A stretch of 64,000 nt of DNA from Candidatus Limnocylindrales bacterium (GTDB lineage Bacteria > Chloroflexota > Limnocylindria > Limnocylindrales > CSP1-4): NCBI GenBank assembly GCA_038245845.1, contig JBBRRZ010000003.1, forward strand, positions 42,871 to 106,870. The letters are read 5' to 3'. Numbering within the stretch: position 1 is the first letter of the stretch; every line of letters starts with the position of its first letter. Shown piece by piece: positions 9,362 through 15,462 of this stretch. The notes beneath the pieces were generated by a model. That model did no database searches. It had not been told where the DNA came from and was given only the letters and a program-made list of their open reading frames with translations. The position numbers and the translations under genes are program-made.

Positions 9362-9650
9362 CTGCTTGCTCCACCCCGTCGTCTCCGGCCGCGGGGTGTT
9401 CGTTTGCGTGGGAGCCGGGCGGCCAGCAGCCGCGGGTGTGGTCCACTCGGCGCTTCGTTTCACCGTGTTGGCCGTCCGCCGCGTCCGGGTCGCTCCGTCG
9501 CCCCAGGGAGTCAGATCCGGTCCCTCCGCGGCGTCGGAATGGTTCTGCAACATCGCGAGAGCCATCCGGACGCCCACGGCCTGCGCATAAGGGAGTGGTG
9601 AGACCCACTCACCCCTGGCCCATCATCCGGGTCAATCGCAGGAGATCGTC

Positions 9651-10280
9651 TTGAAGCTCGCTCCCCGCATCCTCGCCGGCGTCGCGCTCGCCGGGCTCAT
9701 GGTCGTCCCCGTCGTCGCAGGCAATGGCCAGGTCTTCCAGGCCGTCCTGTCGCCGCTCAACGCTGGCAGCCACACCGTTGCCGGCGACACCTACACGATC
9801 CCGACCACGCGAGGAACCGCGACCGTCACGCTCAAGGGCGATGACGTCACCGTCGACATCATGGTTGACGGTGTCACCCCGCTCACCCTGCATCCCCAGC
9901 ACATCCACGCGGGCCGCGCCTGCCCGACGGCAGCGGATGACACCAACGGCGACGGCTTCGTCGACGTCATCGAGGGCCTGCCGAAGTATGGCGCCGTCCT
10001 CGTCAGCCTCGATAGCAAGATCAACGACGGCGCCGCATCGGACCTCGACTTTCCGATCGCGGACGCGAATGGCTCATACGACTATCACGCTGAAGGCAGC
10101 CGGGCGCACCTCCAGGACGAGATCCGCACCGCCCTGAAGCTGGGCACCCGCCACGTCGTGATCCACGGCATCTCGCCGACGGACATGCCACTCCCGAGCT
10201 CCGTCAAGAGCCTGCCCGGCCTGCCGGCATGGGCGACCCTGCCCGTCGCCTGCGGCGAGCTGAGCCTGATCTCCAAGTAG
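9651..10280 (+). CDS. Secreted hypothetical protein, CHRD-like (tentative), with an embedded EF-hand-type Ca-binding loop
   Basis: TTG start preceded by GCAGGAG. Signal-peptide-like N-terminus MKLAPRILAGVALAGLMVVPVVAG. HPQHIHAG motif resembles CHRD domains. DTNGDGFVDVIE (nt 9939-9974) fits the 12-residue EF-hand loop consensus. Followed by a strong terminator. Confidence 0.75.
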   Translation: MKLAPRILAGVALAGLMVVPVVAGNGQVFQAVLSPLNAGSHTVAGDTYTIPTTRGTATVTLKGDDVTVDIMVDGVTPLTLHPQHIHAGRACPTAADDTNGDGFVDVIEGLPKYGAVLVSLDSKINDGAASDLDFPIADANGSYDYHAEGSRAHLQDEIRTALKLGTRHVVIHGISPTDMPLPSSVKSLPGLPAWATLPVACGELSLISK

Positions 10281-10299
10281 ACGCCCCCCTCTTTCCCGG

Positions 10300-10338
10300 G
10301 GAGCGGCGTCCGACCAGACCGGACGCCGCTCCTCTTTT
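10300..10338 (+). terminator. Rho-independent terminator of the secreted-protein gene
   Basis: 13-bp perfect stem GGAGCGGCGTCCG / CGGACGCCGCTCC, loop ACCAGAC, followed by TCTTTT. Confidence 0.85.
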
Positions 10339-10421
10339 GCGTCCCGCGCCACCGAATTGCGTCGCCGTGCCAACCGCCAACGGAGCCCCAACTCGATTGG
10401 CACGGACATAGACTGGCGCTG

Positions 10422-10507
10422 CCCGGGATGGCGAAACGGCAGACGCACTCGTCTTAAACACGAGGGACCGAGAGGTCATGTGGGTTCGACTCCCGCTCCC
10501 GGGACCA
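10422..10507 (+). tRNA. tRNA-Leu (anticodon TAA)
   Basis: Acceptor CCCGGGA/TCCCGGG, anticodon stem CTCGT/ACGAG with loop CTTAAAC, long variable arm, TTCGACT T-loop, encoded CCA. Confidence 0.85.
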
Positions 10508-10583
10508 CTCCCGGTCTGGGCGCAGGGCCGCACCCAACACCGCCGAGCCGCCGCATGGAGCGGCGATCGCACCAGCCGACGGG

Positions 10584-10928
10584 TCAGCGGGCGCGGCGCT
10601 CCACCGGGAGCGCGATGGGGATCAGCGCGTCGGGGTCCACGTCCAACGCCTCGTAATGCGTGACGTTGATGTCCTCGACCAGCGCCTCGGCGCCGGGCAG
10701 CAGGCGGGGGACGGAGAGCTGGCTGCCGGCCCAGCCGTAGAGGGCCGTTGCGTCCCGCCACTCCTCGAACAGGAGGACCTCCTCGAACGGGCCGTTCGTC
10801 TGGCGGGCGAGCTTGACGTAGACGAGCCCGTCATGCTCCCGCATCTTTGGAAGCTGCTGGCGGAGGAGCTCCTCGAACCGGCCCGCGTTGTGCTGGGCGA
10901 CGCGGGCGGTGAGAACGCGGACGATCAC
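10584..10928 (-). CDS. ABM/Dabb ferredoxin-fold protein (antibiotic-biosynthesis-monooxygenase-like)
   Basis: C-terminal 114 codons of ORF 10584..11351 read VIVRVLTARVAQHNAGRFEELLRQQLPKMREHDGLVYVKLARQ...EEWRDATALYGW, typical of ABM domains. The upstream part of that ORF is Arg/Pro junk. GTG at 10928 sits 6 nt after a TATGCT -10-like hexamer. Confidence 0.7.
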   Translation of the reverse strand: MIVRVLTARVAQHNAGRFEELLRQQLPKMREHDGLVYVKLARQTNGPFEEVLLFEEWRDATALYGWAGSQLSVPRLLPGAEALVEDINVTHYEALDVDPDALIPIALPVERRAR

Positions 10929-10934
10929 GGGGCA

Positions 10935-10940
10935 AGCATA
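10935..10940 (-). promoter_or_regulatory. Putative -10 (TATGCT on the minus strand) giving a leaderless ABM transcript
   Basis: Minus strand reads CCGTATGCTTGCCCCGTG. The hexamer ends 6 nt before the GTG start, and there is no SD. Confidence 0.35.
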
Positions 10941-11047
10941 CGGGCCGTTACCGGGCGCGGGGATGTCGTCAGCGTGACAATACCCGGCCGGTAGCGGTGC
11001 TCGTTCCGTGCTGGTGTGCGCATGGATACCCCCGTCGGTGAGCCTGG

Positions 11048-11260
11048 TCAGCCGCCGCCGTTCGCGCCCGCCGGCGGCGTCATCACGCCGTCCACGCGGC
11101 CCTCGACGATGTTGTTCACGCCGACCGGCGCACCCGTCCCGCCACGGTCGCGCGGGTCGGTGATCGTCGCGACGTCGGCGACGCCCGGGTCCTGGTCCGG
11201 GTCGGCGGAGGGAGGGAGGGCCCGGGGATCGGTCTGGAGGTCGGTCTGGAGGTCGGTCAT
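11048..11260 (-). CDS. Small acidic hypothetical protein (70 aa; an alternative GTG start at 11317 gives 89 aa)
   Basis: Part of ORF 11048..11317 (-): MTDLQTDLQTDPRALPPSADPDQDPGVADVATITDPRDRGGTGAPVGVNNIVEGRVDGVMTPPAGANGGG. G/C at nearly every third position. D/T/G/V-rich composition is plausible for a real protein, unlike the co-phased plus-strand ORF. No recognisable family. Confidence 0.5.
   Translation of the reverse strand: MTDLQTDLQTDPRALPPSADPDQDPGVADVATITDPRDRGGTGAPVGVNNIVEGRVDGVMTPPAGANGGG
11231..11258 (-). repeat. 12-bp tandem repeat (2.3 copies) encoding TDLQ-TDLQ-T at the small ORF N-terminus
   Basis: Plus strand reads GGTCTGGAGGTC GGTCTGGAGGTC GGTC. Confidence 0.9.
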
Positions 11261-11366
11261 GCGCGGATTGGACGCTCTCGCGCATGACAGCCGCGCGTCC
11301 GCCGCGCCTTGCGCCACGCCACCGGCATGACGACGCGCGGGCAGCGCACACCCCTGCCGGACGGTC

Positions 11367-12596
11367 CTAGCGGCGCCCGAACAGTCCTCGCCGGGCCTTC
11401 GTGACGGGCTCCGCGGGCGCCGGAGCGGCCGCGGCGGTGCGTACCTTTCCGAAGATCACGTCGGCGAGCTCACGCAGCTTGAGGGCCGGCGCCGACCGCG
11501 GCGAGCTGATGATCACCGGCACGCCCTCGTTCGCTGCCCTGAGGTACGCGATCGGGTCGTATGGCAGGTCCGTCGAGATCGACGCGCCGAGCGCGCTCTC
11601 GATGTCCGTCCGCTTGAGCAGCTCGCGCGCGAACGTGTTGTTGAGCACGAAGTGGGTGCTCGACCCCATGGCTCCGGTCTCGCTCAGCTGGTCCAGGAGC
11701 AGGTGCACCGCGTTGAGGGCCGGGATCTCGGGCTGGACGGGCACGATCACCGTGTCCGACCGGCTGAAGATCGCGAGCATCCGGTCACCGAGGTTCGCCC
11801 CGGCGTCGACGACCACGACCTCGTAGGCCTCCAGGGCGCGCGACAGGATCTGTTCCACGTGCTCGCCCGTGATCAGCTGGGCGAAGCCCGGGGTGGGCGG
11901 CGCGGCGAGGATCTGGAGACCGCTCGAGTGGTGCACGGCATACGTGCGGAACAGGTCCGCCTCGCGCAGTGCTGCCTCGTCACGGACGAGCTCCAGGAGG
12001 CCTTGCTTCGGCTGGAGGTTGAGGTGCGATGCGACCTGGCCGAACGAGAGGTCGAGGTCGACGAGCAGCGTCGCCCGCGAGTGGCGCTCGTTGGCGAGGA
12101 GGGCGAGGTTCGTGGCGATCGTGGTCGTCCCCACGCCTCCCTTGGGGCTGAACACGGAGATGATGCGGCGTGCGTTGGGGTCGCCGATGGACGCCGAGAC
12201 CTGGACTGGCGGCGCGCTGCTCTGCGACCGCTGGAAGCGCAGTGAGACGGCCTCGACGCGTGCCTCCAGCTCGACCGGGTCGAACGGCTTGGTAATGACG
12301 TCGTCGGCGCCCGCCTCGAGCAGGGAGATCCGCTCCTCGATGTCGTCTGCCTGCGCGATCGCGAGCACCGGGATGCGCGCGGTCGACTCGTCCCGGCGCA
12401 GCTCCTCGATGACGGCGGCCACCGTGTACGGCGGCGCGACCTGGTCGATGATCAGGAGGCTGTACCCGGCGGCGGACGCGAACAGGTCCACGGGTTCCGA
12501 GACCGTGGTGACGCCATGACCCGGGCGGGCAAGCGCGACGGTGAGCGCGTCCGCGGCGGTCCGATCGATCGCAAGGAGCAGGATCGAGAGCTGCAC
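11367..12596 (-). CDS. Response-regulator receiver domain fused to a ParA/MinD-type ATPase of the TadZ/CpaE (AAA_31) kind
   Basis: Receiver: SILLLAIDRT...YSLLIIDQ...PVLAIAQ...DVITKPF. ATPase: RRIISVFSPKGGVGTTTIATNLA...LLVDLDL...VVVVDAG. Start set at the GTG at 12596 (VQLSILLL), preceded by GGGGAA. The ORF-track start at 12776 would run into the rpsF promoter region, so the start is uncertain. Confidence 0.8.
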   Translation of the reverse strand: MQLSILLLAIDRTAADALTVALARPGHGVTTVSEPVDLFASAAGYSLLIIDQVAPPYTVAAVIEELRRDESTARIPVLAIAQADDIEERISLLEAGADDVITKPFDPVELEARVEAVSLRFQRSQSSAPPVQVSASIGDPNARRIISVFSPKGGVGTTTIATNLALLANERHSRATLLVDLDLSFGQVASHLNLQPKQGLLELVRDEAALREADLFRTYAVHHSSGLQILAAPPTPGFAQLITGEHVEQILSRALEAYEVVVVDAGANLGDRMLAIFSRSDTVIVPVQPEIPALNAVHLLLDQLSETGAMGSSTHFVLNNTFARELLKRTDIESALGASISTDLPYDPIAYLRAANEGVPVIISSPRSAPALKLRELADVIFGKVRTAAAAPAPAEPVTKARRGLFGRR

Positions 12597-12713
12597 GAGT
12601 TCCCCGAGGCTGAGCACGAGAGGTGACGGCGCAGAGAATACATGGGCGCGCGCGATCGTCACCGGCCGGTTGGTCCGACCGGCCGTTCGCCAGCCGGAGA
12701 TCCAGGGGCCCCG

Positions 12714-12722
12714 TGCTATCCT
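12714..12722 (+). promoter_or_regulatory. Putative extended -10 (TGCTATCCT) of the rpsF-ssb-rpsR operon
   Basis: TGnTAnnnT element 75 nt upstream of the rpsF ATG. Confidence 0.45.
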
Positions 12723-12728
12723 TCCGCG

Positions 12729-12796
12729 GTCCTTTCGGCTCCGCCTCGGCACGTCCGTCAGCGGGGCAGATCCCATTGGAAGGAGTAGAGCAGGCC
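12729..12796 (+). promoter_or_regulatory. Candidate structured rpsF 5' leader (SD-sequestering hairpin)
   Basis: 12730-12738 (TCCTTTCGG) can pair with 12776-12784 (TTGGAAGGA), which contains the GGAAGGAG SD. Inner helix CTCCGC (12740-45) / GCGGGG (12761-66). Folded by eye only. Confidence 0.35.
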
Positions 12797-13249
12797 ATGC
12801 GCCGCTATGAACTCATGCTCATCATCCGGCCGGACGCGCCGGATGAGAAGGCCGCCGCGGTCATCGACCGTACGACGCGTTATGTCGTCGCCTCGGGCGG
12901 TCAGATCATCAAGGTCGCGCCCTGGGGCCGCCGCCGCCTCGCGTACCCGATCGACCGCCATCGCGATGGCTCGTACCACATCGTGGTCTTCGAGTCCCCG
13001 GCAGAGGCGATCGCGGAGCTGGAGCGCAGCCTCCAGATCACCGAAGAGGTCATCCGCTATCTCGTCACCCGCACCATCAAGCCCGTGAAGGCCCGCCGCG
13101 ATGCGGCCGCTGCCGATGATGGTGACGACGACGTCGACATCGATATCGACGCCGGACTGCCGTCCGCCGAGGCCGCCGAGGACGATCTCGACGCCCCCGA
13201 GCAGGTCGACGAGTCCGAGACCGAAGCCGCACCTGCGGCCATCGACTGA
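12797..13249 (+). CDS. rpsF: 30S ribosomal protein S6 with a long acidic C-terminal tail
   Basis: MRRYELMLIIRPD N-terminus, GGAAGGAG SD. rpsF-ssb-rpsR synteny. Confidence 0.95.
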   Translation: MRRYELMLIIRPDAPDEKAAAVIDRTTRYVVASGGQIIKVAPWGRRRLAYPIDRHRDGSYHIVVFESPAEAIAELERSLQITEEVIRYLVTRTIKPVKARRDAAAADDGDDDVDIDIDAGLPSAEAAEDDLDAPEQVDESETEAAPAAID

Positions 13250-13265
13250 TCGAGGAGCCGGACAC

Positions 13266-13757
13266 ATGGCGTCGTTCTCGAAGGCGATGATCATCGGGAA
13301 CCTCGGGCGCGATCCCGAGATGCGGTACACCCCGAACGGCCGTCCCGTGACGGAGTTCAGCGTTGCCGTCAACCAGAGCACGAAGAACCAGCAGACCAAC
13401 GAGTGGGTCGAGGCGACCGACTGGTTCCGGGTCACGGTCTGGGGCGATCGCGCCGAGCGGACTGCGGAGCAGCTCCGCAAGGGCAACCGCGTGTTCGTCG
13501 AGGGCCGGTTCCGGACCCGTGAGTTCGAGACCAAGGACGGCCAGAAGCGGATCAGCCTGGAGATCACGGCGGACAACGTCGTGAGCCTCGAGGCGCGGGT
13601 CCGCGACGAGGAGGGTGGCTCGTTCAGCGCTCCCTCCGGTGGCTTCAGCGGTGGCGGCGGTGGCGCCGCTGGTGGCGCCGGTAGCGGCGATGCGCCAGTC
13701 CGGCCCACCCGTCCGTCCGCGCCGTCCGACGACGACCTCGACGACCTTCCCTTCTGA
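13266..13757 (+). CDS. ssb: Single-stranded DNA-binding protein
   Basis: OB-fold region MIIGNLGRDPEMRYTPNGRPV...WFRVTVWGDRAE, Gly-rich linker and C-terminal DDDLDDLPF tip. Confidence 0.95.
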   Translation: MASFSKAMIIGNLGRDPEMRYTPNGRPVTEFSVAVNQSTKNQQTNEWVEATDWFRVTVWGDRAERTAEQLRKGNRVFVEGRFRTREFETKDGQKRISLEITADNVVSLEARVRDEEGGSFSAPSGGFSGGGGGAAGGAGSGDAPVRPTRPSAPSDDDLDDLPF

Positions 13758-13822
13758 CGACCTTCCCGCGGCGAACAGCCGGCCCGGCGGGTGCGCCCGC
13801 CATGCACCAGGAGACCTGAGAC

Positions 13823-14086
13823 ATGCCCCCCCGCACAAAGAAGCGCGACGACTACTACCGCGATCGCCGGCGTCGGAAGGTCTGTTCCTTCTGCGCCGAC
13901 AAGACGGTGATGATCGACTACAAGGAGGTCAACCGCCTCCGCCGCTACCTGTCCGAGCGCGCGAAGATCGAGCCGCGCCGCAAGACCGGCACCTGCGCTG
14001 CGCACCAGCGCGAGCTGTCCGTCGCCCTGAAGCGCGCCCGTCACGTGGCGCTCCTCCCGTACGCGCCGCAGCACCTCCGCCCCTGA
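13823..14086 (+). CDS. rpsR: 30S ribosomal protein S18
   Basis: [36 protein letters not shown] matches the S18 core. Confidence 0.95.
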   Translation: MPPRTKKRDDYYRDRRRRKVCSFCADKTVMIDYKEVNRLRRYLSERAKIEPRRKTGTCAAHQRELSVALKRARHVALLPYAPQHLRP

Positions 14087-14146
14087 CGCGGTGACCGACC
14101 CCGCGGACGCTCGCCGGGGGGCCGGACCGGGTCCGGCTGTCCGGCG

Positions 14147-15067
14147 ATGATCGCTGGCCTGGTCCTCCTCATTGGCGGCGCCGGCGTGGGCCTGTTCGGC
14201 TCGCTGCTGGGGCTCGGCGGCGGGATTCTCCTGGTCCCGCTGCTGACGCTCGGGTTCGGGCGACCGCTGCGCGAGGCGGTCGCGATCTCGCTCGTCTCGG
14301 TCATCGTGACCTCGAGCGCCGGCGCGGGGGTCTACCTCCGGCGCCACGTCGCGAACCTGCGGCTGGGCATGACGCTCGAGCTGTTCACGGCCTGCGGCGC
14401 GCTCCTCGGCGGACTCGTCGCCTTTGCGCTGCCCGGGCCAGTGCTCGAGGGGCTGTTCGCGCTGCTCCTCGGCTACGTCGCGGTGTCCATGCTCCGCCGC
14501 CGCGAACCTGCGCGGGCCGCCGCCCCGACGGCGCAGACCGAGCCGGCCATCGACGCCGATGGGCCCCTGGTCGAGGGTGCGCGCGACGGATTCACAACCC
14601 CGTCGCCCTCGCTCCCGGCCGCGCCCAGCGAGCCCGCCACGCCCGACGCAGCCACGGCCCTCGACTTCACCGCGCACCTGTCGGGTCCCGGCTACCGCGT
14701 GACGCACCTCGGCCTCGGGACGGTCGGGGCCGTGTTCGCGGGCATCGTCTCGGCACTCCTGGGTGTCGGTGGCGGGATCGTGAAGGTGCCGCTCATGACG
14801 CTGGCGATGAACGTGCCGCTCAAGGTCGCGACTGCGACCAGCAACATGATGATCGGCATCACCGCCACGTCGAGCGCGGTGATCTACCTGCTGCGCGGGG
14901 AGATCAACCCGTACATCGCGGGGCCAGTCGCGATCGGCGTGTTCGTGGGGGCATCCATCGGCACGCGGGTCATCAACCGCATCGACACCCGCGTCCTGCG
15001 CTGGCTGTTCATCGCCGTGCTGCTCCTGACGGCGGTCCAGATGGCGGCCAAGGCGGTGAGCAGATGA
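14147..15067 (+). CDS. TauE/SafE-family anion exporter (DUF81) with a long Pro/Ala-rich central loop
   Basis: Two halves, each with the GLGGGILLVPLL / GVGGGIVKVPLM motif. Confidence 0.85.
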   Translation: MIAGLVLLIGGAGVGLFGSLLGLGGGILLVPLLTLGFGRPLREAVAISLVSVIVTSSAGAGVYLRRHVANLRLGMTLELFTACGALLGGLVAFALPGPVLEGLFALLLGYVAVSMLRRREPARAAAPTAQTEPAIDADGPLVEGARDGFTTPSPSLPAAPSEPATPDAATALDFTAHLSGPGYRVTHLGLGTVGAVFAGIVSALLGVGGGIVKVPLMTLAMNVPLKVATATSNMMIGITATSSAVIYLLRGEINPYIAGPVAIGVFVGASIGTRVINRIDTRVLRWLFIAVLLLTAVQMAAKAVSR

Positions 15068-15462
15068 GCGTGACGCGACGCGGCGTCGAGACGCCGGTGT
15101 CCGACGCGGCGTTCGCCATCGAGGCCACGATCGCCCGGCTCCTCGTGCTCGGCACATACACCGCTATCGGCATGGTCCTGCTGGGCGTCATCGGCATGGC
15201 CCTGACGGGCGTCGACCCGCTGGGTGTCGCCACGGCGCCGTCCTTCGACCTCGGCCGGATCCCGGCGGACATCCTTGCCCTGCGCCCGGAGGGGTTTCTG
15301 TGGCTGGGTCTGGTGCTCGTCCTGGCGCTGCCGATCGGGCGCGTGGTGGTCGCCGGCCTGGGCTTCCTGGCGGCCCGGGACGGTCGCCTCGCCCTGGTCT
15401 CGCTCCTCGTGCTCCTCGTCGTCACCGGCTCGATCCTCGCCGCCATGGGGCTCGAGGGCTGA
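15064..15462 (+). CDS. DUF1634-like small membrane protein
   Basis: 132-aa multi-TM protein, start overlapping the TauE stop (ATGA). DUF81-DUF1634 pairing is a known neighbourhood. Family call is tentative. Confidence 0.65.
   Translation: MSVTRRGVETPVSDAAFAIEATIARLLVLGTYTAIGMVLLGVIGMALTGVDPLGVATAPSFDLGRIPADILALRPEGFLWLGLVLVLALPIGRVVVAGLGFLAARDGRLALVSLLVLLVVTGSILAAMGLEG

Noticed and set aside
9362-9650. Possibility that the long gap encodes SRP RNA, 6S RNA, tmRNA or RNase P RNA.
   Set aside because: The gap is too short for RNase P or tmRNA. It has no SRP domain-IV-like GGAA/AGCA motif or tmRNA tag ORF. It is kept only as an unclassified candidate leader/ncRNA in the findings.
8967-10507. 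tRNA-flanked segment (tRNA-Cys ... secreted-protein gene ... tRNA-Leu) as an integrated mobile element or genomic island.
   Set aside because: There is no integrase, excisionase or transposase. I found no direct repeat of a tRNA 3' end. Base composition and codon bias are indistinguishable from the surroundings.
11231-11258. Tandem 12-bp repeat as a CRISPR-like or VNTR locus.
   Set aside because: There are only 2.3 copies and no spacers, and it lies inside a coding frame. It is recorded simply as a short coding repeat.
11016-11330. Plus-strand 104-aa ORF overlapping the small acidic ORF.
   Set aside because: It shares third codon positions with the minus-strand ORF, so GC3 cannot discriminate. 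Its composition (Pro/Ser/Arg/Trp, SVWRSVWRSV) looks like an antisense artefact, and it has no SD.
11367-12596. Interpreting the receiver-ATPase as part of a Tad/Flp pilus locus.
   Set aside because: No CpaF/TadA ATPase, TadB/C, secretin, prepilin peptidase or Flp pilin gene lies within the 64 kb. The downstream small ORF is hydrophilic and lacks the Flp G/XXXXEY-hydrophobic pattern.
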